From: Pavona decussata
Lineage: Eukaryota
DNA: 64,000 nucleotides
Direction: 5' to 3'
Assembly: GCA_977016875.1 (NCBI GenBank)
Contig: CDRNST010000051.1
Span: 434,001-498,000, forward strand
A model generated the notes under the pieces. The model was not told the origin of the DNA, ran no database searches, and saw only the letters and a program-made list of their open reading frames with translations. Every line of letters starts with the position of its first letter. Within the stretch, counting starts at the first letter, position 1. Below are positions 50,645-62,700 of the stretch, one piece after another. The position numbers were made by a program, and so were the translations under genes.

Positions 50645-51486
50645 GGATCTTGTGTCTTATAGGGGGCTTCGATCGATGGTAACGGTCGGATTGTCGGTCG
50701 ACTCACGGTCGACTCACGGTCGATATCTCGGTCGATGTATCCACCGAGCATCGGTCGATTGTCGGTCGAGTAGCGAGCGAGTGTCGGTCGAGCATCGGCC
50801 GCTATATAGGCGACGTATCGACCGATCATTGGATCACCTTCGGTCGGGAGATCGACCGACAGTCGGTCGCGATAGCATCGGCAGTGTGTCGGCAATACAT
50901 CGGTGAACCGTCGGTCAAGTATCGGTTAAGTATCGGTCGATGCATCGGCCGATACTCGGTCGACACGAAAAAGGAACGAGGATTTTGCTTTGTTCTAAAC
51001 CGGTTAAAGCGGGACACTACAGTGTAATACGCTGGCAAATTTTTGCGCGTTCTCTTGACCTAATATGGTAAAATGATTCAATAGTGGAAGAATAAAATGA
51101 GATAACGACAGACTATCGACCGACTATCGGTCGTTATTGATATGACGACCGATATAGCGGTGCGCTATGCACAGGAATGTCGATCGAGATAAGGACGAAG
51201 TGTCGAAAAAACACATCGATAGAATATTGACCGATATATCGGCCGGGAAGCGGTGAAATACCGATAAAGTATTGGTGATGTGTCGGTGAAGTGTCGGTGT
51301 GTTGCTATCTATATCGGCCGACAGCCACCTCGGTCGATACGACGACCGCCATAGCGGTACAACATCGACCGAGTCATCCCCAATTATCGACCGAGTTGCG
51401 ACCGAGGCTCGACCGAGATATCGACCGTCAGTCGACCGTCATTCGACCGACATATCGACCGTTGGCCCCCTATAAGACACAATATC
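50645..51486. mobile_element. MITE with CpG-rich (tcgacc)n subterminal repeats, inserted in the tRNA element
   Basis: gatcttgtgtcttataggggg..ccccctataagacacaatatc; splits tacc|atcacattt of the host repeat. Confidence 0.8.
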
Positions 51487-52630
51487 ACATTTATTTCAAA
51501 TAACTTATTACGAGTTCGGCGTGAATTGGTAAGATTCATCCGGCCACTTAATGGTTCAATTAAATATTCCTTTTAAACGGACGGGGCAATATTTTCTTGT
51601 ACTAGAGCTAATCATGTTATACAAAACAGTGATTCTTTTACTTCCCAACCCTCGGATCAATCGCGCGTTTGCTTTGATTCTGGTTGTTAAAGCTTTTAAT
51701 ATAGTGGCTTCACAAAAGGCAACGCGCTCTAGCCACTTGACCTGACCTGGCGAGTGGCCTCTTTTTCCCGCTTCGCTTTGCATGGATCGAGTTCCTGTTT
51801 CTCCTTCTTCACGTTGTGATTGGCTCATTTCGGTGTCTATGTTGTGCGCAGGTGTATTGTGGCTTTTGACTGCCCTTCGATTTCTTGCATTTAGCTAATC
51901 AGACGGAACAATTACAAATCGTCAACCTAACTATTTTCAAACGAGGTAAAAGTCAAAAGTAATCAATTTATGTTTTTTGCAATTCTGCGACTGCTGTCCG
52001 TTTACTTAATTCACACTCTTTTGAAGTTTTTGTTATTTCGTCCTATACATTGTTTTGAAGCTTTACTTCAATTTAGTCCAGGTACTACAACATAAATAAA
52101 CTGTGTTTTGTTGCGCTATGCAAAGTCCTTTTAACCTTTTAGTCCTTGGAAGGCAACCGCTGAGCTGATATACAGAGGATTCGAGTTGATTTATTTTTTA
52201 TTTATTCTGTGGTGTTTTTGTTTTCAATCTCTTTTAAAACAATTTTTCTTCAAACTTTTTGAGCCAAAGGGAGCACGTCATCTTGCGTGAGGTTTTTATT
52301 GTAAAGTTTTATTCCATGTTTAAAAGTTCCAAGACTATTTTGTGTTAAGTGACAGAAAGTTTGAAATGGCATGACGCAGATCGCGAGTTAAATTCATTTG
52401 ATATGTGTATTTATGGGTATATTCAATCCAAATTGAGCCCTAAATACAACAAATTTATTGAGGCAATAATGAAGGGAATTAACTCCTTATTACTTCATCA
52501 TTTGGTGGAAAGAATGAGAAAACATGATCGTAGGTTAGTTGTCAAAAGCACTCGGAACAAAAATATTCAATTTTTTTCCTTGTTTCTGAGTTCGCGTAAA
52601 ATGAAAACTACAAAGAAAACCGCGTAAAAG

Positions 52631-52993
52631 GAAACCGCAACCAACCAGCTCACTAATTTTGCCGATCACGGACCCAGCCTGCACACAGAGACAACAGCAA
52701 AATCGCTTCGTTTTGCTGTTTATCAATTAAAGATACCGCTGAAAGCTGAGGGCAGTGCTCACACAGTTTCATTAACGTTAGCTAAGTACAATTTTTCAAA
52801 GAATTAAAGTAGATCTTGATTTTACCCACTGTGAAAGGGTAGCGTTCAAGCTGGGCCAGCTACATGTCACTGATGCAATACTACCTTTCGACAACAAATG
52901 TTGACGCATTATTATAAAACATGTGTTTTACAATACAGTGAAAATCGACAAATCTAAATAAGTATCATCCCAGTAAAAACATTCATATCCTTA
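52631..52993. repeat. ~365-bp copy of 39792-40162 (intron 1 of the 15-DSL gene)
   Basis: caaccaaccagct..ttttgccgatcacggacccagcc..ttcatatcctta is near-identical at both sites. Confidence 0.85.
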
Positions 52994-53145
52994 AGCCCGG
53001 TTCATACGTCGAACTTTACATGAGATCCCGGTTCATACGTCGAACTTTACATGAGCCGAATCTAATACCTATTAAGGTCGACCCAAATAATTAGGTTCGG
53101 CAGTTGATTCAGACGTCGAACCTAACTGAAGTCGCACTTAATTAA
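52994..53145. mobile_element. DNA transposon end (Harbinger-like) with a duplicated 29-mer
   Basis: TTA|agcccggttcatacgtcgaactttacatgag with the cccggttcatacgtcgaactttacatgag unit repeated. Confidence 0.55.
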
Positions 53146-54826
53146 AGCTAAAGTGAGTCATGGTCAGCGGCTGTTGTTTTTACTCAACAAGATTCAAAAT
53201 GGCGGGAAAGATGAATGAGCTTGTTTGGTAAAATAATAAAGACAGGCCAAACACGGCTCCTACTGGTCGAGATAGGAAGAACATGACCTTCAAAGCTAAT
53301 TTGCTCTTACGAGTACGTCTCTCAAAGATCTCCCTTTTCTGTACGAAAGTAGAGAAGGGTCTTTGTAGATCTCTCTTCGCAGAGGTTGATTTTCTATGAA
53401 GTGTCATTTACCAGGAGCCATAATCAGGGATAGAGACCGTAACGAGATGCCATTTTGACTTGTGGGCTTGTCCCCTTCTGTTGTACCAAAAAATCTATTT
53501 TTAGAAAAAATGGCGCCATACGCGCGTGCGAGCACGCGTGTAAACGGCCAGGATCGCGCGTGGAGAAATTGAAATTTTTTTCTACGCGTTCAAAATGGCG
53601 TCCAAATTTTAAAATTCTGCCATGGAATATCTCCTCTGTGCCCACATTTAAGGAATTATACTCTCACAAAGAAAAGGTAACAATTAAAAGAAGAGGGGGA
53701 AAGTTGGAATGAGCGGCCTATTGATTACATGACTCTCACAGTAAAGTCAAAAAGGCGCCAAAAATTATTTACTGCATCTGTGACAACCAGTTGGATCTCA
53801 GGGCCTTTGACTGTGGATTCGGGGTGATAAACTGATTACTAACCGTGCGGGAGGTCGCGGGTTCAAACCCCGGCCGCACCACCACTCGGGGTCTTTCAAA
53901 TAACTGAGGAGAAAGTGCTGCTTTTGTTCTAACATCTGCAAATGGTTAGACTTTCTAGTTTTCTCGGAGAAGGACGATAAACCATAGGCCCCGTCTCACA
54001 ACCCTCGTTTATAAAGAACTCTGTGGGACGTTAAAGAACCCACACACTGTTCGCAAAGATTAGGGAACGTAGTTCCCGGTGTTGTGGTCTGGTCTTCTTG
54101 TGTATACTCTCATGATTGGGTGGGTAGATGCTTGGAGATATTAGCTGCATAAGCTACTCTTAAATTGGAGGGTAGATAAAGATATGATGACGAACCTATC
54201 GCACTTGCTTTGCCTTTCGTCATCGCTTTTCCACATAATTTGTCTATCTCTGCCCGAACGGTACGAATTTGGTCATCACTGAACCTTTAGACAAGACCCA
54301 ATCAAGTAGCTCAAGATGAAGATCAAGAAGCCTCCCAGGAAGCTGTTTTTAGGGGAGTGCATTACCCTCTTCCCCACAAAGAGGAGAGGCTAACAAAATG
54401 TCGAGGAATAAACCCTCCGTTGATATATTGTCTCGTCCAGAGGGAGTATAGTAAGATACCCCTGGTAGATTCATCCCTTAGGCACCATTGGTTGGATGTC
54501 GAGTGCACAGCCACGTGCTTGGTTCGTGAAGACGTTGTCTATCTGGCTGCAACTGCAATTTACTATTATCTACCCACTGTCGGGGGAAAGTTTTCGCGCA
54601 CTTTATGGAAGGACGAAATGCTTACGAGCTTCGCAAGTGATTGGCATATGTCTGGCCGATAAACTGGTAAGCGATGCTAGTCCGAGTCTCTAACAAACTA
54701 CAGAAACAAACTCTTAACAGTCCGCTTTATTTGTTTCTCATTACAAGCAACAGATTAACCTTGGTTCACATTGGTGACCTAGTGTTGGTGTCGGCCCCAG
54801 TTATTTCCCTACTGGCCTCCAACCAC

Positions 54827-56923
54827 CTACGCCTCCTGGACGCCATTACAATACGAGCTCTTATTGAAACTTCCCTTAGCGACATTATTCCTGAAGTCGT
54901 TCATCATGTTTCCTGCCGGACGATACCGGCCCACTACGTAGGTACACCCTCTGGAGGTAGCTTTTCCCATCCCCAGTTTTACACTCTTCTTCCACACCAC
55001 CTGGGTAAAGTGTCCTGTGCCGGATCCCCATCCGGGATTGTTGAAATTGAACTTGCAAACTTCTTCATACCTGAGGGAAAGATGAACAAAAGGAGATATC
55101 TTCGCACCTCTCTTATGAATTTACCCTGTGTTCTAATCCTGTTAGATTGACAAAAGGAGATATCTTAGCACACCTATTCTGAATTTACCCTCTTTTCTCA
55201 TTCTGTTTCAAATGTGTGGTATACAACAGTCTCATATGAAGATGAGTTTTCATCCCGTCACATTGAAGTAGTAGAAACAGGCAGAAAAAAAAATGCAAAT
55301 AATAGTAGTCTGAAATGTCAGCCGTCTCCTCCACCTAACCCACAGGGGGCGAGCCCCTGTGGGTTAGGGGTAGGAGACGGCTGACATTTCAGACTAAAAT
55401 AATAGTAAAGGCGAAAAAAATACCAGATATTATAATTGTTTTTGTTAACTTAAAGTGGAAACAAGACAATAAACAAACAAATAAACGTAAACACGAACAA
55501 ATGCGATTTAATTTAATACTCATCATCTACCGCACGTAGATCGAAGACAGGATCAATCAATGAGGTTAGAATTCCTTCCAATCAATCAAACAAGCGGACG
55601 ATGGCTAAGGATGGCTAAAATCTCTGTGTATATGTCTTTTGTTCTTTTTTTAATCCATCAGATAGTCTTAACTTTCATTTAAGCAAACTCCAAGTACTTT
55701 GAATATCACAAGCTTGGAAATTGTTACCCAATTAGCTGTCTGGCTGTACACTGTCAGTAAACTTTAAATCCTTTTTCCAATTGACTTTTTTAAGAGCCCA
55801 TGTCATGGGTTCCTGGTTTTTTCTATCCAGTGCATGCAAGGCTATAGTACTCACCACATCTCTACAGCCTGCTGGGCCGAAAAGTCACGACCGCACAACA
55901 TAGCGAGATTCTCCCCCTGACCTGGTCTCTGACTGGGCCTCGAGTGCTGAAGATTTCCTCTGCGTGCCAGGCGCTTGGCATAAGCTGCTGCCTGCCGGCT
56001 CATACCAGAATCCAAACTCATACGCGGGGCATTGTGTATCCTGCGGTACTTATTATGTGCAGCTAAGCCATCTTCGTCGAAAGATCCTGAACAAAAAAAA
56101 GGGTTCCAAAAAAAAAAGGTTTCATATCATAGTCATGCCACTACAAATGCCCTTCTTTATATCAGTTGAGAACAGAATAATCTTTATTTCTTAAGTGACT
56201 ACATCGTGAGACAAACTATTCATTTATTTATTATCATTTTTGTTGTATGTATTTGCCTAGCTCCAGATTTCGGAATTGTACTTTTTACGTATACATGAAT
56301 TATAGTTTATGCCAGAAAACTGTTAGGGAAGCTGGCGAAAAACGCTTTCGTCTAGGCAGAAGGAGCACTTCTGGACTAAGTCATTCACTGTTAAATCTAG
56401 CGATTTACGGTTGCTGTTAAGTGACTCCGGGACACAAAGAAACTGGCTGCACCAGCGAGTAAATGACTAAAGCAAATGATGTGCAATGCTCTATTCCTAA
56501 AAGGAAAACTGATTCAAAAGGCATCCTCCAAAAATACGTGTACTTTATCTTACCATGAACTTTGTCCAATCCTCCTGAAAAAGAAAGAGATGTGCATGCG
56601 TCATGATCATCAGAAACCAATTTCTTTCATAAAAATGACTCCGACATTATGACAATGAAATTGAAAAATAACCCTCGTCTCATGCATTCAAGATGAAAAC
56701 AAATCAATGAAGAAAGTTGTTTCTCCTTTCTCTCTCAGTGTTAGAAACCGATTTCCACACCGACTGACCAATTTACCGTTTCGTTTTCTTTTTAAATTTA
56801 CGTACAAACATACCCTTACTGACCAAAAATGTGTCACAATTAAGTGCTAATTTAAAATCAGAATCTCGTCTCACCAAAGATGCACAGCATCCCCAAAAAC
56901 AGAAGGGTAACATTAGAACACAT
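54827..56923 (-). CDS. Secreted single-domain CAP/SCP protein, paralogue (~181 aa), Gly-rich tail lost by frameshift
   Basis: Exons 56875-56923 (MCSNVTLLFLGMLCIFG), 56554-56574, 55855-56086, 54827-55070 (ends YCNGVQEA*); CAP motifs intact. Confidence 0.83.
55306..55396. mobile_element. 91-bp hairpin MITE with 9-bp TSD
   Basis: aaataatag|tagtctgaaatgtcagccgtctcc..ggagacggctgacatttcagacta|aaataatag; empty site near 45024. Confidence 0.9.
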
Positions 56924-59739
56924 ATCGAGAAAATGATCAAATAATTTACACCGCGTATTGGTCAAGCTTCTCTAACGCGTACGCTTAACTTCATGACCTA
57001 TCGTTTTTAAAGTCCGGGGTGGAGTCGATTCTAAGAGATTGTTTGTAGTTACAGCAGGTGAGATGAAAGGTGTTCAAACATATCAAAGCAAGGCAAAGAA
57101 AGTGTCATATTCCTACTTATTAAAATCTGGATCGTCGTATAATGCAATTTCAGGGATTTGATTGGTTTAGCGGCCATGGTATATGAGCCATTATACCATG
57201 CCCGAGAAATAGCGACCATTAAATTGTCTTCTGGTTGTTCTTGCCAAGCGAAATCAGCAAGATCTAGCAATATTTCTTGATTGTTTTTAATAAAAAAAAT
57301 TATCCCACTCGCGCTTGTTGGCATGAGATGATTATAATTGTTAATTATACTCAGGTTCAATCTGTATTAACAATTGGATAACGGTAAAAATATATTCAAT
57401 CCAAGGCTATGATATCGTTTTTGAAGTATAGTGAATTTTACAATAGCATTCTGCTACCTGACCACTTTAATCCGAGTCGCTTAGAATCTGCCAAAAACAT
57501 TTTTCCAAAATTTCTTAAATTCTCACCTCAAAAATCTATTTAGAGAATTAAATGAACATTACTTCATGAGAAAGACATGGCTAGACGCTTGGCCGTTCTA
57601 TCTATCAACTTACAGCTCAGAGCTACGTTTGGTTATTTATGTCTTAGCGAAAAAGACAGAAACATCACTCATACATAGAAATTGACATATAGCAATAAAA
57701 TTCAAACCAAGCATTATTGATGTGGGACTAAGTAAAGAGAAAATTGCGTTTTGTTAGCAATTAAAGTTATACGTTGGAGCTACAAATATTTGCTTTCTCA
57801 GTTCCAGAACTGAAGTGTTATGTTCAGCTGTTCAGGTGGACAGCGGACTAAACCACGTGATTCACTATAATGTTTGTTTAGCTTGCCCACGCATGGTCAG
57901 AATACAGAAACAAATAATCGCATACGATATCTGCTGAAATAAGACTCCGCCTGATACTTAACAAGTGATTCTCAGTTAACAATTCAAAACCTTCTGGAAG
58001 GGGGGTTTAGAAATCCATAATCTTTAACTCAGACCTTATTGTCTTTCCTGTTATAGTAAACCCCCCTCTCTAATAAACCCTTTTTTCAGGTTTTGATCAT
58101 GTTTGATAACATTGCGCCTTTGATCTGCTTCTACTTTTACTCTAAAAGCTCCCGTTTTTTGTCCCTTTTTGGGAAACCATAAGTACTAGTTAATAAGCCC
58201 CCTCCTTTGGGGTTCAATGGACAGAATAGAGGTAATATATCCTGATATTTATCCACGATGCCCTTGGGAATCATACATGTACTCATCACAAATACAAACA
58301 TCAGGCATTTAGAGCAATTCTGACTGTTAAAGGTAACTTATTACGATTTCGTGAATTTGTAAGATTCATCCGGCCACGTAACGGTTCAATTAAATATTGC
58401 TTTTAAACGCACGGGGCAATATTTTTTGTACTAGAGCTAATCATGTCATACAGAACAGTGATTCTTTCTCGACTGATCCTCGAAAACCTCGAATTAATCG
58501 CGCGTTTGCTTTGATTCTGGTTGTTAAAGCTTTAAATATAGTGGCTTCACAAAAGGCAACGCGCTCTAGCCACTAGCAAGGCAAACATTTTGGCGTTTTA
58601 TTTTCAACCATTCAGGAGAAATCCAGCGACTTTACTTGGCGAGTGGCCTCTTTTCCCCGCCTCGCTTTGCATGAGGTTCCTGTTTCTTCTTCTTCACGTT
58701 GTGATTGGCTCATTTCGTTGTCTATGTTGTACGCAGTTTGTTTGTGATTAGACAAGTGTATTGTGGCTGGCGACTGCCCTTCAATTTCTTGCATTTAGCT
58801 AATCAGACGGAACAATTACAAATCGTAAACCTAACTATTTTCAAACGAGGTAAAAGTCAAAAGTAATCAATTTATGTTTTCTGCAATTCTGCGACTGCTG
58901 TCCGTTTACTTAATTAGTTAACTACATTGTTTTGAAGCTTTACTTCATTTTAGCCCTGGTACTTCAACATAAATAAACGGTGTTTTGTTGTGCTATGCGA
59001 AGTGATTTTAACCTTTTAGTCCTTGGATGGCAACCGCTGAGCTGATATACAGAGGATTCGAGTTGATTTATTTTTTATTTATTCTGTGGTGTTTTTGTTT
59101 TCAATCTCTTTTAAAACAATTTTTCTTCAAATTTTTTGGGCTGAAGGGAGCACGACATCTTGCGTGAGGTTTTTATCGTAAAGTTTTATTCCATGTTTAA
59201 AAGTTCTAAGACTATTTTGTGTTAAGTGACAGAAAGAAAAGTCTGAAATGGCATGACGCAGATCACGAGTCAAATTCATTTGATATCTGTATTTATGTGT
59301 TCAATCCAAATTGAGCCCTAAATACAACAAATTTATTGAGGCAATAATGAAGGGAATTAACTCCTTGTTACTTCATCATTTGGAGGAAAGAATGAGAAAA
59401 CATGATCGTAAGTTAGATGTCAAAAGCACTCGGAACAAAAATAGTCCATTTTTTTCCTTGTTTGTGAGTTCGCGTAAAATGAAAACATTGCATTGTAACT
59501 TCACCCGGATTTTGCTCAGATTGATGTCAATCAAAACGCATGCATGTTTTACATGCAAACAAGTTATTACACAAAAGAACAATCCTTCAACATTTCACCA
59601 GCAGGATGATTTTTATCGACTCGTGTTTGCTGTTTAGCAACTCAAAATTCCTAGGATGACTCTTGTTTGCTTACTGAATGTGAAAACTGAAAGAAATATT
59701 GACGCCTTGTATCCAGAGCCTCTGTAATCACGGATCAAG

Positions 59740-62700
59740 ATGTTCATAGCATACATACCTGTTCTTATTCTACTTATCTCGGTGAGTTTGAAAAATCGTA
59801 TTGTTCCAAAGATATATGTCAGGTTGAACTCAAAAACTAACATTTTCATTTCCGAATGCCATGAGCTCACAATCACTGAGAAAATTGCAAAACCTATTGC
59901 TGACTTGGGATCATTTCAATGTCAGGTTTTTAATTTTACAGTTATAATTACTGCAAATCTTCATATCGTTTGTTTTTTGCGTTAAATAGGCTGAGCACAA
60001 CATCTATCAGCAGGCTTAGTTTTACAAGCTGGCTTCCAGGGTACAGCCCCGAGTGTGACAGTAAATGAAAGCAGAAATTACGTAGTATAGATTTTTGTCC
60101 ATAAAACTAGCTGTCTTCTTTGCGTAATGTTTGAGTCTCGATTAAAACCTTTATGAGAGCTATATGGGCGATGTAGCACTGGATCTAGAGACGATCAATT
60201 GAGGTATTTAAATTATTAAACATGTTTTAAAGCAAACACACCATGAAACTTCATCATCTAATTTAGAAACGACATCATTGTTTTACACCTGTTCTTTACT
60301 ATTCATCAATTCTACAATACTGTTGCTTTACCATTTGCTTAGAACGAGAACGGACTGAAAAATTCATCTCACTGCCCTTCATATAATGATGTAGCGTTAC
60401 CACATGGTATCGTATAGATAACGTCATTACTGTGTAGATAAACAACATAATTGCAAGAAATTAAAAGTGAACAGGAGTGAATTTGTCGTGATATTGCGTG
60501 AAATTATCCCAGTCTATGTACTAGTCATTTCCATGACCACTTTTTCCCACTGATATTTCAATTTTCTTCTGATTTCTGTAACAATGCCCTCTCTGCATGG
60601 TGGGTACCATTTTAGTTTCCACGAGTCCAACCCACTGAAAGTTTGGATTTCTCGTTCCTAGCCAGTGTTTGACATTCACGGCTAACCGTTGTAATGGAAG
60701 GGGTAGTACTGACCGGGAACTTGGTCAACAATATAAGGCTTGGAATAAATGTGATGGAATATCAGTTTAAGCCTGGTGAATAAATGAGAATGATGTATTA
60801 TTCAGTAAGTGACACAGGCATACTTGCAAAAAAAAAATCCGAGTGCTCCTATCAGGAGTCGAACCTAAGACCCTCCGATTACTAGTTCGGACGCTCTACG
60901 GCTGAGCTACAGGAGACTCGTGGGAGCTAAGGCCATTAAACTAGGTTCATGGGATAAACATCCTGCATACTGCAAGGATTGGAATGTCATGTGTGGCCTA
61001 TGCGCGATGGAATAAATGTGATGGAGTATTTTAAGCCTGGTGAATAAATGAGAATGATGTCAAGTGACACAGGCATACTCTTTTTTTTCAAGTATGCCTG
61101 TGTCTCTTACTGAATAATACATCATTCCCAAAATAAGGCTTGTCACGTTCCGATTTGGGAAACTAAAAGGTGCTAAAGGCTAACTTACCAGTAACTATTT
61201 ATCCGCCCAATTCAAAAAATCTGTTGCGCCAGGTTTTTCATCTTGTTTATAAATCGGACCGATTATATTTTCATGAGCTCACTCATTTTCTTTGTCAAAT
61301 GGAGCCAAATTGGCCCAATTAATCGGTACGTGTAAATAAACCTTAAAAGAAACTATAATATAATGAGGGAAAAATTGGAGAAAGGACAAAGTGCTCCCCT
61401 AAACCTGACATGATTTGAGCTCTTGGAACATTGGAAAGTCTGGAAAGGCATGATGCTAATTAATCTTTTTGAAGTGTTTATTCCGAGTAATCGGAATACA
61501 CACTATTAATGATCAAGCATCTTCATTTGGTGTTCATAACTAAACTGTCCGAGAAATTGTGATGTCATGTAAGTGTGACGTTCTCTTAAACTGTTTTTCA
61601 ATTTGTGACATTCAATTTCAGGACCGCTGCAAAGGCTGGGGGATGTTATCGCTAAAACTGGTTAGCTACAAAAACCCAGAGAGTAAACTGTTCAATGGTG
61701 AATGTTGTGATACACCTTCGTGGTGTGGCGTAAGTCCGTGTGAGAATTATTTTAAATTCTGTGTGACGTCACTGGGTTCCTTGAAACCGTGTCACCTGGG
61801 TTACAGAAAGACCAAAGTGCTTGGCGATGATGACTTCCGGTTTCCTGAAGTTGGCGCCAGCCTGGGGACTAATTTGTTAAATCCACTGACTTACAACTTC
61901 TCTTACTGGNNNNNNNNNNNNNNNNNNNNNNNNNNNNNNNNNNNNNNNNNNNNNNNNNNNNNNNNNNNNNNNNNNNNNNNNNNNNNNNNNNNNNNNNNNN
62001 NNNNNNNNNNNNNNNNNNNNNNNNNNNNNNNNNNNNNNNACAACTTTGATTGGACTGACTGGTTCAATCTTGATACATTCAGAGCAAACATGTCTTCTTC
62101 CATGTTTCAACGGCCGAGTAAAGCATTACCAACTAAAACAATCGGCAAGACTAAACCTACATTTGGCAATGGGTTTTCGACCTGTGATTAGTTCATTGTA
62201 TTATTTTAATAATTGAAGAGTTTTGGGATGCCATGGCTGGTTACTATATAAAAGGATGATTGATCTTAGATTGATCTTAGAAACTGCTCTCAAAAGAGCC
62301 CTAACGCAGTGATGACACTAAGTAGTTCTTGCTTTGGTGATTTTTAAAAGGGCTTGAATTTTTCATTTGCCTTGTGGGGGTTTTGGTGGCAACTGAGTGT
62401 CGTGAAAAAAATTCAATCAAAGTTGACCCTGGCCAATTACAACAAACACCAACTACACAATAAGCCAATGAATCTAAATACGAAATAAATGCATGTCATA
62501 TAACAGGTGCCAGGATCAGCTGGAAAACGCGTGAGAGTGAGTCTGCCATTAGTTTTGATTTTACTTGTAAGCGGATAGAGAAAGCGAGTTCGAGTTCTTT
62601 GGGATAAAGATAAACCTAAAGTAAGCACGAATTGTCGGCATTCAAATGATAACCGCTAGCTCTAACATATGTATAACTTAATCCGTTCCTATTTTCCAGG

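Larger units (their letters stand above)
43417..52608. repeat. Segmental duplication copy 1 (copy 2 at 53761-59486)
   Basis: Colinear high identity from aaaattatttactgcatctgtgac to cgcgtaaaatgaaaac, including introns and intergenic DNA. Confidence 0.92.
53761..59486. repeat. Segmental duplication copy 2
   Basis: Matches copy 1 but lacks several of its insertions. Confidence 0.92.
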
